From contig JANNBC010000013.1 in assembly GCA_031385045.1 (NCBI GenBank), positions 42,880 to 106,879 on the forward strand: DNA of 64,000 nt, in the 5' to 3' direction. Source of the DNA: a bacterium. GTDB lineage: Bacteria; Bdellovibrionota_C; UBA2361; CALJRW01. A program made the position numbers and the translations under genes. The notes below the pieces were generated by a model. The model did no database searches, was not told where the DNA came from, and saw nothing but the letters and a program-made list of their open reading frames with translations. Positions 1 through 9,278 of the stretch are shown here, in pieces. Each line of letters opens with the position of its first letter. Position 1 is the first letter of the stretch.

Positions 1-331
1 AAAGTGTGGCATCTAAAACCTGCGTTACTCTTGCTGACGCAGCTCCTAGAGCAGTTAAGTTATGATAGACAAGAGATGTCCCATTTAAGGACTTTGATGC
101 AACCACTTCCGCAAGATTTGTCGCATTGTTTACTGGCAAATCATCTACTAGACCAGAAAGACTAAACAGTGCTTGCTTAACACTATTCGCGATGGATTCA
201 GATTCAACATCATAGGCAGCCGTTCGATAGTTCCCATATAAAGATAGTGAAATCGAAGCCAAAATACCAAGAATCGCCACAGTCGTTAGCAACTCAACTA
301 ACGTAAATCCCTTTGATGTCAATGTCTGCAT
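1..331 (-). CDS. Type IV pilin-like protein with prepilin N-terminal cleavage/methylation motif (3' end runs off the window)
   Basis: Not in the ORF track. Manual translation from ATG at 331 gives MQTLTSKG|FTLVELLTTVAILGILASISLSLY..., a class III signal G|FTLVE plus hydrophobic helix; the frame stays open to the window edge. Confidence 0.9.
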   Translation of the reverse strand, partial: MQTLTSKGFTLVELLTTVAILGILASISLSLYGNYRTAAYDVESESIANSVKQALFSLSGLVDDLPVNNATNLAEVVASKSLNGTSLVYHNLTALGAASARVTQVLDATL

Positions 332-578
332 CTAGATAACCAATAAAAGCATCTCCCGCATTTCTAACAACATAAGAACACATTATTGCGACACTACAAT
401 CTGGAAGACTATTATATTAAGAATAAGTGATCACTATTCTAATTACAAGACATAACCTCATAATTAGAATCGATTGGTAAGTATGAGTAGTTAAAAAATA
501 AGTCTTTCTACCTTTATCAAATTGAGTAACTAATAATATAATCAATGCTATGAGCTCTCATAACCTGCCACAATAACT

Positions 579-2495
579 GTGTTTAATATCTCTAAGAAAT
601 TAACTTCCAGATCTGTAATTAACACTCTGCGCTGCAAAAACTTACCATTTATCTTATCGGTAACATTAGCCTGCTGTCTTTACTTAAGGAAAATCCATGA
701 ACTGCTATTTAAGGTCGAACTAGCTAGCCAATTACCCTTGTTGAACATAGATCTCAGTAGTTATTATCTATGGATCCTAAGAGGAGTAACAGCTCTAGAG
801 AAAAACGGGCAACTGCTCGGATATGATCCCTATATGGGTGCAGGAAGGATCATTAGTCCATCTCTTGGCATTGGATGCTTCTTATTAACCAAGATCTGTT
901 ATTACCTAAAACCATTATTTTCAGTGGAACAGTCACTACTCTATCTAGAAATATCTCTAATTATTTTACCACCACTTTTATTAATTCCAGTTTGCAAAAC
1001 CCTGAGAAGTGATTCCAAGATTTATCTGCCAGCACTAATGCTAATAGCCACTGTTTATGGATTCCATCTACCTCTAACTCCCGGTATTCAAAATGGAGCA
1101 CTACTAACCTTTGAAGCATCTTGTTTTATCTCAATCTATGTTGTGACACTAATTTGTCGCTGGGTCAAAAGTACTAGTAAAAAAGACTATCTACTTTTTA
1201 CAATATTACTACCACTTGTCATTCAACTTCATATTGCTTCAATCATTACACTTTTCTTCCCATTATTTTTAATTACCTTGAATTTGATTTGGAATAAAAA
1301 ATTAGGACAATTACTTTACTTAAGTCTTACCTACTCTTTCTGCCTTCTTGTAAATTATAACTTGCTCGCTCTTTGGATTGAGACAAGAGGTTGGTATACT
1401 GGAGCAGACTATCTAGGAAGTAACTACCTTGTAGTTTGGAATGAACTATTTGGAATAACAGGAGTAGATCTCTTTAGTATACTAAGTTCTGTAATCCGTT
1501 GCAGTCTTGTCTTGTTTTCTGCCGCTTATCTAAGTGCTAACCTAAAAAAGTCTTTTTGTAATAAAAAACTATTATTCTACTGGCTAATCTATTTAATAGT
1601 AATTGTATCTTTTGCTGATAATTTCCTAGGTGGAAATAAAATCCAAGCCGCCAGATACATGCTCCCTGCTTGGATCATAGTCTTAGTCTTTGCTACTGCC
1701 GAACTAAGTCATAAATCAAATCGGCCTCTCAAGCTGACCTTCTATAGCTTACTAATTCTTTCTGGATTTATTTGTAAATATTCAACAAAGAACACAGAGC
1801 TTTCTAACTCGGCAAAAGTAACGCCATATTCTAAGTACTACACACTGACAAATGAAAAAGTTTTTTTTAATATTCTAACCCCCGAAGAGCAACGCCTAGT
1901 TAGCTTTATCTCCCATGATCTACCTAAAAATGGACGACTACTAATGGAAACAGCAGATAAATTTACTTTTCATTTGGTATCATTAATTAATGCTACTTCC
2001 AATGTTTCACAAATTGGCGAGGAGGCCAAATCAAGTCATACGATCAACAACTTTCAAATTTTTTATCGAGGGGACGATCTAATTGCCTTCCAAGAAATAC
2101 CTTATTTGCCAAACAGTAACTTTGAGCAATATTTAAATCTCTATAATATTACCCATATTGCCACCACCGACCTAGTTACTAAAGGGTTAATTAGTCCTTT
2201 CTTAGATCCAAAAGGACTTTTTGTATCAAATATTTACTCGATATTTAAAACTAAGATCGAGCCAACTTGGTTTATGACCGGCAAAGGAGATGTTGAATAT
2301 GCAATCAATCAAATTAAATTACACCATTTATCAGCCGGAGAAATTATCACTAAATTTCATTATATCAAGGGTTTAGTGACCGAACCAAATGTAAAAATTA
2401 ATCCAATCTACATCCTAAAAGATCCCGTTCCCTTTATTTCCTTTAATAATGTTGATGCCCTAAGCGAAATAAAAATATATTTTCCTAGAAACTAG
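579..2495 (+). CDS. Polytopic membrane protein, probable GT-C-fold glycosyltransferase (YfhO-like)
   Basis: Many TM segments in the N-terminal two-thirds, GYDPYMGAG early loop, soluble C-terminal domain. Start codon uncertain. Confidence 0.55.
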   Translation: MFNISKKLTSRSVINTLRCKNLPFILSVTLACCLYLRKIHELLFKVELASQLPLLNIDLSSYYLWILRGVTALEKNGQLLGYDPYMGAGRIISPSLGIGCFLLTKICYYLKPLFSVEQSLLYLEISLIILPPLLLIPVCKTLRSDSKIYLPALMLIATVYGFHLPLTPGIQNGALLTFEASCFISIYVVTLICRWVKSTSKKDYLLFTILLPLVIQLHIASIITLFFPLFLITLNLIWNKKLGQLLYLSLTYSFCLLVNYNLLALWIETRGWYTGADYLGSNYLVVWNELFGITGVDLFSILSSVIRCSLVLFSAAYLSANLKKSFCNKKLLFYWLIYLIVIVSFADNFLGGNKIQAARYMLPAWIIVLVFATAELSHKSNRPLKLTFYSLLILSGFICKYSTKNTELSNSAKVTPYSKYYTLTNEKVFFNILTPEEQRLVSFISHDLPKNGRLLMETADKFTFHLVSLINATSNVSQIGEEAKSSHTINNFQIFYRGDDLIAFQEIPYLPNSNFEQYLNLYNITHIATTDLVTKGLISPFLDPKGLFVSNIYSIFKTKIEPTWFMTGKGDVEYAINQIKLHHLSAGEIITKFHYIKGLVTEPNVKINPIYILKDPVPFISFNNVDALSEIKIYFPRN

Positions 2496-2497
2496 TA

Positions 2498-2731
2498 TTA
2501 CTCCTTCGTAATATTTTTAATAATTCGTAGCTCTAAATCTCTTAGATCACCAACCTTACTAAATCGATTATCAATAAATTGGCGGAAACTCTTTTTGATA
2601 ATCTTTAAATGTTTAGCAAACCGAAGACAACGACGGCAGATAATCAGATGCATTCTCACTTCCATTCTTTGAAGTAAGGTTAGATCTTCCTGACTATCAA
2701 CAATCCGAATAATTTCACGGCAAGATCGCAT
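2498..2731 (-). CDS. Zinc-finger (zf-HC2) anti-sigma factor
   Basis: MxSC...HLIICRRC (HxxxCxxC) motif; lies directly downstream of an ECF sigma factor. Confidence 0.85.
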   Translation of the reverse strand: MRSCREIIRIVDSQEDLTLLQRMEVRMHLIICRRCLRFAKHLKIIKKSFRQFIDNRFSKVGDLRDLELRIIKNITKE

Positions 2732-2736
2732 AACTC

Positions 2737-3330
2737 TTATCTTGTAATTTTAAACTCTAAGCAGTGTCTTAAGCTAGCCTTTGCTCTAAATAGCAAGACA
2801 CCTAAGTTAGTGACAGTTACATCTAAAATCTTACATATTTCTTGACTTGAATATTCTTCAATCTCTCGAAGATAAAAGGCAAGCCGTTGCGACAAAGGTA
2901 GATTAGTAAGACATTTTTCAATAAAACTAAGTGTTTGAGAAGCTTCTAGCATTTTATCAGGGCTAACTAGATGACTAGACCAATGGCCTTTGTCATCAAA
3001 ACAATCATTCAGTAAGTCTTCGATCCGATCTTCTGGAATATTTTTTTGAATATCTCGATGAAGCTCACGAGCCTTATTATAAAGAATTCCAAAAAGATAA
3101 GTTTTAAGCTGAGAACGACCTTCAAATTTATCAGGAGCCTGAAAAAATATTGCCCAAGTATTTTGCACTAGATCTTCTGCTTCCTGATCTGAAATAAACC
3201 CCAAACCATAGGCTCCCTTTAGTAAGTAAGAAGTATACTCTCTAACAATCAGCTCAATTACCTCAGAATTCTTACTGCTTATTGCCTCGACTAACTCAAT
3301 CTCAGTAAAATCTTCAATTTTTTTATTCAC
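2737..3330 (-). CDS. ECF-type RNA polymerase sigma-70 factor
   Basis: Region 2 (AEDLVQNTW...FEGRSQLKTYLFGILYNK) and region 4 (LP..QRLAFYLRE...EICKILDVT..NLGVLLFRAK). Confidence 0.93.
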   Translation of the reverse strand: MNKKIEDFTEIELVEAISSKNSEVIELIVREYTSYLLKGAYGLGFISDQEAEDLVQNTWAIFFQAPDKFEGRSQLKTYLFGILYNKARELHRDIQKNIPEDRIEDLLNDCFDDKGHWSSHLVSPDKMLEASQTLSFIEKCLTNLPLSQRLAFYLREIEEYSSQEICKILDVTVTNLGVLLFRAKASLRHCLEFKITR

Positions 3331-3558
3331 TATAATTTTAATTAAAAACGATTAAAAACAGGAAGTTAAGCTTCTTAACTATAGAATCAGACCCTTCCTA
3401 TCGCAATAGACTGTAAATTAATTCTATAATCTAAAAAACTTTGTAATAATTTAGTTAAGACACACACTAATAGTGGTAATAAAGATTATCTGAGGTAGTT
3501 AACTCAAATTCTTTAAAATTTAAAAAATAAACATATAATATATTCTTGGAGAAATAGA

Positions 3559-3807
3559 ATGATTAAGAAAACTCTTTTGTTAGCATTAATTGCTATCTGT
3601 AGCCTAGTGATTGGAATTACTTCTGCTAGCGCTTCCCCAGTAGCACCAAATAGTAACATGCAAACACTACAAGCTGATGACACCAAAAAGTGTGATGACG
3701 GCAAAGAAGATGAAACAGCTAAATGCGATGACGGCAAAGACAAAGAGGCCACTAAGTGTGGTGATGGGAAAGAGAAAGAAAAATGTGGGGCTGGGAAATG
3801 TGGTTAA
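3559..3807 (+). CDS. Secreted Cys-repeat peptide, HvfA/bufferin(BufA2)-like precursor
   Basis: GGAG RBS, Sec signal ending ASA, then KCDDGK, KCDDGK, KCGDGK and terminal KCGAGKCG; sits next to doxX and an ECF/anti-sigma pair. Confidence 0.8.
   Translation: MIKKTLLLALIAICSLVIGITSASASPVAPNSNMQTLQADDTKKCDDGKEDETAKCDDGKDKEATKCGDGKEKEKCGAGKCG
3688..3804 (+). repeat. Intragenic degenerate tandem repeat encoding KCxxGK units
   Basis: Lys-Cys codon pairs start at 3688, 3721, 3754, 3781 and 3796; GATGACGGCAAAGA occurs twice, 33 nt apart. Confidence 0.85.
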
Positions 3808-3848
3808 TCTCCTTCTTAGATTAATTTTATAGAAAAATTTATTCTTTT

Positions 3849-3885
3849 AAACGGCATTCAGAACTAAAAAAACTGACTGCCGTTT
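3849..3885 (+). terminator. Stem-loop between the peptide gene and doxX (partial terminator or mRNA stabiliser)
   Basis: AAACGGCA-TTCAG...CTGAC-TGCCGTTT followed by a T-rich tail. Confidence 0.6.
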
Positions 3886-3918
3886 TCTTTACCAGCAAAA
3901 GTATTTTAATTAACGACT

Positions 3919-4359
3919 ATGTCTAAAATCCTAAATCTGATTAGCAATTTAAAAGATTTTCCACCTTTACTTTTTCGCTTAATCCTTGCTTATGGATTTC
4001 TTTATCCAGCGCTGGCTAAAGTTAATAATATCTCAGCAATCGCCGAATGGTTTGCTGGTATGAACATTCCCTTTCCTCTTTTAAATGCTTACTTAGCAAC
4101 TACAACTGAAATATCAGGGGTAATTTTACTAACTCTGGGACTTGCAACTAGATTAATCTCAATCCCATTAATGTTTACAATGTTCGTTGCAATCTTTACA
4201 GTCCACTTTCAACATGGATTTGAGGCTGGCAAGAATGGCTTTGAGATCCCATTATATTACTTATTAATGCTCTTTAGTTTATTAATCAGTGGCCCTGGAA
4301 GATTAAGTTTAGATTATTTAATTTTTAAGAAATTTCAATTAAATTCTTGTGGAAAATAA
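3919..4359 (+). CDS. DoxX family membrane protein (HvfX-like)
   Basis: RLILAYGF..PA..K, GLATRL, NGFEIPLYY and GPGRLSLD DoxX motifs. Confidence 0.9.
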   Translation: MSKILNLISNLKDFPPLLFRLILAYGFLYPALAKVNNISAIAEWFAGMNIPFPLLNAYLATTTEISGVILLTLGLATRLISIPLMFTMFVAIFTVHFQHGFEAGKNGFEIPLYYLLMLFSLLISGPGRLSLDYLIFKKFQLNSCGK

Positions 4360-4936
4360 AAAGCTCTTTGCTGATTTTTCAAATGGAATAATCGATCGGC
4401 GTATTTTTCTAAAGGGGCTTTTAGTTCTAACAGGAAGCTTAACCCTTAGTGGTTGCCTAAGTTATTTTTATCAAGAATCTGGGGAGAGCTCGCGACTTGA
4501 TAATCTTCAACTGAAAAATATTGCAGCAGCACAAAGACATCTTTTCCCTAAAACAGATACAGCTCCAGGAGCCGAACAAATTAATGCTTTAGATTACTTG
4601 CAGTTCGTCCTTCATGATCAACAGATCAGCCGAGAAGATCGAGACTTTATCCTTAAAGGCGCTGTTTGGCTTAACGAAACAAGCATAGAAGACTTTCAGA
4701 TTGATTTTTATTTGCTAGATTTTAATCAACGTGAAAAACTTTTTCAAAAGATCTCCCAAAAAACTTGGGGAGAAAATTGGCTTTCAGCAATTTTAAAATA
4801 TATCTTTGAAGCACTGCTGAGTGATCCGCTGTATGGCGGAAACCCAAACTCTATTGGTTGGGATTGGTTACAATTCCAACCTGGATACCCAAGACCTACA
4901 GAACTGAATCTTTATCCTAAAATTTTAAAGCTATGA
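4349..4936 (+). CDS. Gluconate 2-dehydrogenase subunit 3-like small subunit, Tat (lipo)protein
   Basis: RRIFLK twin-arginine signal with LSGC lipobox; PGA motif; DPLYGGN..GW C-terminal motif; overlaps both neighbours. Confidence 0.88.
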   Translation: MENKKLFADFSNGIIDRRIFLKGLLVLTGSLTLSGCLSYFYQESGESSRLDNLQLKNIAAAQRHLFPKTDTAPGAEQINALDYLQFVLHDQQISREDRDFILKGAVWLNETSIEDFQIDFYLLDFNQREKLFQKISQKTWGENWLSAILKYIFEALLSDPLYGGNPNSIGWDWLQFQPGYPRPTELNLYPKILKL

Positions 4937-6606
4937 TCAAAGATTGTGATGTTTGCATTATTGGTTCCGGTGCCGGTGGATCCCCAATTGCCTTTGAGCT
5001 TGCGAGTGCAGGATATTCTGTAATTGTCTTAGAAAAGGGGCCGTGGTTTAAAGAAAATGATTTTGCTAAAGATGAGCTAGTAGCAGTGAGACGAAGTGTC
5101 TATACACCAAGTCTAAAGCAAGAATTTCATGTGCTTGAAACTGGCAAAGAGAACAATTGGAAAGCTCAATCAACTTTAGATTCGGGTAGAAACTTTTGGA
5201 ACGGAAACTGTGTTGGAGGATCTTCTAATTTTATGAGTGGTTACTTCCATCGTTTAAAGCCCGAGGATTTTCGACTGCTTTCAGAATTTGGAGCGATTTC
5301 TGGGGCTAATATTGCTGACTGGCCCATTAGCTATCAAGATCTCGAGCCTTACTATGCTAAGGTTGAAAAAATTGTTGGCATCTCAGGAAGAATCATCGCT
5401 CATCCCTTTCAAGAACCTCGCTCTACTCCAGATTTTCCATTTCCACCACTTCAAGAAAATTATGTTAGTAAAATAATTGATGACACCTGTGCTCAATTAA
5501 ATTTTAATTCTGTGCCAGTTGCCCGAGCAATTCTTTCACAACCTCATAACAATCGAGCAAGTTGCTACTACTCTAATTTCTGTGGAAGCTATGGTTGTCA
5601 TAGCGGAGCCAAGGGTAGCGCCCGTGCTGCCCTTTTAGATCTCGCTGTTAAAACTGGGAAATGTGAGATTCGTCCCCATTCTTTTGTTTATCACCTAACA
5701 AGTGACAATCAGGGAAAGGTAAATCTTGTGAAGTATTATGATCGCGAAGGACAAACACGACAAGTCTCAGCCCAGATTTTTGTAGTAGCCTGCCAAGCAA
5801 TCGAGACTAGTCGTTTACTCTTAATGTCTACTGGCAGTAAACATCCTGAGGGTCTTGCCAATCACAATGGTCAGCTTGGTAAAAATTTAATTTTTTCTGC
5901 AGGAGCAACTGGCAATGGCACAATTCGACTATCTGACTATCCAGAAGACATCGCCCAGCAATTAAAACTTCCCGGACTCTTTGTTAATCGCTCTTTGCAA
6001 GACTGGTATATTGCTAACGATAGTTCATTAGGTGGAAGGGTTAAAGGGGGACTTATTGATTTTCTTTTCGATCATGCTAATCCAATTCGCCGTGCCAATA
6101 GTCTAAAATGGGAGGGTGATCAATTACTATGGGGCGAAGCACTTCAAAATCGTCTACAAGCAGGATTTACAAATGAAAGACAACTAAACTTCGAAGTCTT
6201 TAATGACTGGCTCCCAACCGATAATTGCTTTGTAGCTCTAGATCCTACCAATAAAGATAAGTGGCAAAATCCTGTAGCCAAAGTTAGATTAGGATATCAT
6301 CAACACGACTTAAAAATTGCTAAATTTCTTGGTGAAAAAGCTAAATCAGTCTTAGAAGCTATGAAACTTAAAAACATAACGACCAGTGTCAGTGGGGCTC
6401 CGCCCGCCAATCTTGTCGCTGGTGGTTGTCGCTTTGGAGTCGACCCTGACAAGCATATCTTAGATCCCGACTGCCGAGCTTACAGTGCTAGTAATTTGTT
6501 TGTTGCTGATGCTAGCTTTATGCCTACGGGAGGCAGTGTTCCATATACTTGGACAATCTACGCCAATTCATTTCGAGTAGCAGATAAGATTAAAGCTCAA
6601 CTTTAA
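4933..6606 (+). CDS. GMC family FAD-dependent oxidoreductase (dehydrogenase large subunit)
   Basis: GSGAGG FAD-binding motif, VGGSS, WPISYQDLEPYY, CYYSNFCGSYGC Fe-S-type Cys cluster, C-terminal GGCRFG/DASFMPTGG. Confidence 0.93.
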   Translation: MIKDCDVCIIGSGAGGSPIAFELASAGYSVIVLEKGPWFKENDFAKDELVAVRRSVYTPSLKQEFHVLETGKENNWKAQSTLDSGRNFWNGNCVGGSSNFMSGYFHRLKPEDFRLLSEFGAISGANIADWPISYQDLEPYYAKVEKIVGISGRIIAHPFQEPRSTPDFPFPPLQENYVSKIIDDTCAQLNFNSVPVARAILSQPHNNRASCYYSNFCGSYGCHSGAKGSARAALLDLAVKTGKCEIRPHSFVYHLTSDNQGKVNLVKYYDREGQTRQVSAQIFVVACQAIETSRLLLMSTGSKHPEGLANHNGQLGKNLIFSAGATGNGTIRLSDYPEDIAQQLKLPGLFVNRSLQDWYIANDSSLGGRVKGGLIDFLFDHANPIRRANSLKWEGDQLLWGEALQNRLQAGFTNERQLNFEVFNDWLPTDNCFVALDPTNKDKWQNPVAKVRLGYHQHDLKIAKFLGEKAKSVLEAMKLKNITTSVSGAPPANLVAGGCRFGVDPDKHILDPDCRAYSASNLFVADASFMPTGGSVPYTWTIYANSFRVADKIKAQL

Positions 6607-7115
6607 ATAGCATTTATTTGATCAATTAATTGCTTAAAGCCTGATGGTTCTAAGCTAGCTGACTCCATTAACTTCACAATTAACTGATTATTTTTTAAAA
6701 CAGCACGAGAAATTGGATATGCAATTAAGATCTCCATTAGTTGTTTAGCTAATTCTTGATTAACACATTCATCAAACAATAGAATTTCACTTTTGAGATT
6801 ATCAGCCTTAATCACAAACTTAGCTTTTGATCTACAAAAATAAGGCGCTGTGGAACGATAAAATTCTAGCTGGTGAAAATTATTATTTGCAATTGGAACG
6901 GAGAAAGATCCCTTGGCTACTGAGACAGAATAGCGACTAAGCTCTACATTTTGTTCCTCGGTTAAGAGGACTTCCTTTTTCTTCCCAAGCTTTGCCATTG
7001 ACCGACCAATTAACCAGGGAACAAGTGGTAGAGCGGGAATAATTGATAACAATGGCGCGAATGGACAAGACATTACTACTACTCTCCCATCATTTAAATC
7101 ATTTGCAAAGATCAA
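6603..7115 (-). CDS. Hypothetical protein
   Basis: 170-aa ORF with an N-terminal hydrophobic stretch; no recognised motif; start uncertain. Confidence 0.5.
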   Translation of the reverse strand: MIFANDLNDGRVVVMSCPFAPLLSIIPALPLVPWLIGRSMAKLGKKKEVLLTEEQNVELSRYSVSVAKGSFSVPIANNNFHQLEFYRSTAPYFCRSKAKFVIKADNLKSEILLFDECVNQELAKQLMEILIAYPISRAVLKNNQLIVKLMESASLEPSGFKQLIDQINAI

Positions 7116-7195
7116 GAAAAGTAGCCGACTAAGTTTTGTAACTCTAGTTAATATCTGCTAAGATTTACCAAGCAATTTAATACTATAGAAATTTT

Positions 7196-7774
7196 ATGAC
7201 TAATGTTACAGCAACTAAGATTGCCCCACTACCGTTCCCAGAAAGCTTTCTCCTGCGATATTTGATTGCCCCGTATTATCTTAGTAAGTACGACTTAGCT
7301 TTTGCAAGTAGTGACTATGAGAAATTAACAAAGATTATTATTCGTCTAGTTAATGCTGCTGGCGCTGATAAGATTACTCAAAGAGTTAAAATAAAAAGAA
7401 TCTATGGACTAGAAGAATCTTCCACTAACTGGTCTTTAGGAATGACCTTGGAGCATCTCGTTTTAGTGGGGGAAGGCTTTATGAAAATCATCCAACAACT
7501 AAACGATGATGGTAAATCTTCCGTGATTGCTAATCCTGCCTTAGTAAAACCACAAGGGGAAATTGCCGATCCTTTAGCCCTATTTACAGATCATATTCAG
7601 AAGTACAAAGATTTTATTGCTGGAATCAACTTCTCTAAAAATTCCACAAGCACTAATCTACATCCTTGGGTTGGAGAGCTTACCCAAAAAGATTGGCATA
7701 GTTTTACTGTAATCCATCTGCAAGTGCATCTTAGACAAATCAAAATAATTTTTGATCATCTAAAAGACAACTAA
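7196..7774 (+). CDS. DinB/YfiT-like four-helix protein
   Basis: WSLGMTLEHL, HPWVGEL and HLQVHLRQI His pattern typical of the DinB superfamily. Confidence 0.7.
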   Translation: MTNVTATKIAPLPFPESFLLRYLIAPYYLSKYDLAFASSDYEKLTKIIIRLVNAAGADKITQRVKIKRIYGLEESSTNWSLGMTLEHLVLVGEGFMKIIQQLNDDGKSSVIANPALVKPQGEIADPLALFTDHIQKYKDFIAGINFSKNSTSTNLHPWVGELTQKDWHSFTVIHLQVHLRQIKIIFDHLKDN

Positions 7775-7781
7775 AAGTTAA

Positions 7782-8657
7782 TTGGCTATGCTCTTAGTGA
7801 TAAAAATACTTGGAATACTACTAATTTTATTTCTTGCCTCCTGTTCTCGGATCAAAATCTATGCGGTGAATGTCCTAGCACTTTACCGCGGACAAACTCT
7901 CTATCGAGATTTAAGTTATGCCGCTTTGCCCAGACAAAAACTTAATGTCTATACTCCAAAAGAGAAGACTGAAGAGCTTCGCCCTGTAATCATATTTTTC
8001 TATGGCGGCGGATGGGAGACTGGCTCTAAAGACGATTATCGTTTTGTTGCGGAGCCATTTATTAGCAATGATTATGTTGTCGTAGTCCCTGACTATGCCA
8101 AATATCCTGAATTCAAATACCCAACTTTTGTAGAAGATGGGGCAAAGGCAGTTGCTTGGACTTATCAAAATATAAAACACTATGGTGGAGATCCAGAAAA
8201 AATAATCCTGATTGGTCATTCTGCTGGAGCACACCTAGCTGGATTATTAGCAACCAATCAAGACTATCTAGCAAACCTGAAAGTCCCTAAAGAAATCATT
8301 CGTGGCTTTGTTGGAATTTCAGGTGCCTATGATTTTATACCAGTAAAACAAAGTTATGTTGCCGTATTCTCTCCAATAGCTAAAAATCTTGCTAGTGGCA
8401 TGCCAGCAACATACTTTAAAGATCCAACTCTCCCCGTCTTATTAATCCACACACGACAAGACGAAGTTATCGATCTGGAAAATATTACTAGCATGCAAAC
8501 TCAAGCTGAGGAATACAAACTAAACTTGGATGTTAGATATTACGACTCACTAACTCACATAGGTACAATTGCCGCCTTCTCTCTTCCACTCCGTTCAAAG
8601 TCTTCTCTACTATCAGATGTCCTCACTTTTTGTAAAAAGCAAACAAAAGAAATTTAA
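7782..8657 (+). CDS. Alpha/beta hydrolase (esterase/lipase), probable lipoprotein
   Basis: FFYGGGW oxyanion motif, GHSAG nucleophile, LASC lipobox. Confidence 0.9.
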   Translation: MAMLLVIKILGILLILFLASCSRIKIYAVNVLALYRGQTLYRDLSYAALPRQKLNVYTPKEKTEELRPVIIFFYGGGWETGSKDDYRFVAEPFISNDYVVVVPDYAKYPEFKYPTFVEDGAKAVAWTYQNIKHYGGDPEKIILIGHSAGAHLAGLLATNQDYLANLKVPKEIIRGFVGISGAYDFIPVKQSYVAVFSPIAKNLASGMPATYFKDPTLPVLLIHTRQDEVIDLENITSMQTQAEEYKLNLDVRYYDSLTHIGTIAAFSLPLRSKSSLLSDVLTFCKKQTKEI

Positions 8658-8813
8658 TTTCTATATCAGACATCTCGAATAGCTATTCTAGAAGTTTATC
8701 TTGTGACCAGCATTACTAGAGCAGAATTTTATTGAACTTAATTATTTTCAAGTAATTTATAATAAAATAGCGTACACTGGTAAGTTGAGATCTTTATTAT
8801 TAAACAAGTACCT

Positions 8814-9278
8814 ATGGAACAAAGCAATATTTTTACTGAAATCCTTTTTGCTGGAACACTCTCAGGATTAGTAATCACTAGCCTAGTCACTTATATCTTT
8901 CATTTAATTTGGAAGAACTCGGGGTTCAATATTTCACCAGTCAAAGCTATTGGAGATGCCCTAGGAAATAAAGGCATTAAGAGTACAGGGGTTACTAGCT
9001 TGGTAGCTCACTTACTAATAGGTAGTATTTTAGGAGTTGTTTATTTCGCGTTACTATCTAAATTCAACCTCCCACCACTTCAGTCGATTCTAGCATCTAC
9101 CGCAATTGGCTTTGGTCATGGGTTTGTTGTTGCCTTCCTAATTTTTAATAGTCTCAATGAGAAAGCAACAACAAAAGACGTCCGTGATTTCAGCCCAGCA
9201 ATTAGTATTATCTACTTAGCGGCTCATGTAATTTTCGGACTAGTCATTGGAGCTCTTTACGCTAGCCTGATCGCTTAA
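8814..9278 (+). CDS. Small four-TM membrane protein
   Basis: Four hydrophobic helices, three carrying His residues (AHLLIG, GHGF, AHVIFG). Confidence 0.6.
   Translation: MEQSNIFTEILFAGTLSGLVITSLVTYIFHLIWKNSGFNISPVKAIGDALGNKGIKSTGVTSLVAHLLIGSILGVVYFALLSKFNLPPLQSILASTAIGFGHGFVVAFLIFNSLNEKATTKDVRDFSPAISIIYLAAHVIFGLVIGALYASLIA

Noticed and set aside
3442..3469. TGTAA...ACTA as the cognate ECF promoter of the peptide operon
   Set aside because: Position is plausible, but the motif is too short and AT-rich to support without an alignment of orthologous promoters.
3513..3752. 79-aa minus-strand ORF with SSLPSSH repeats
   Set aside because: Antisense shadow of the KCxxGK peptide gene, which has the RBS, signal peptide and operon context.
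3688..3804. 33-nt periodic repeats as a possible CRISPR array
   Set aside because: Repeats are degenerate, in-frame and coding, with no unique spacers and no cas genes in the window.
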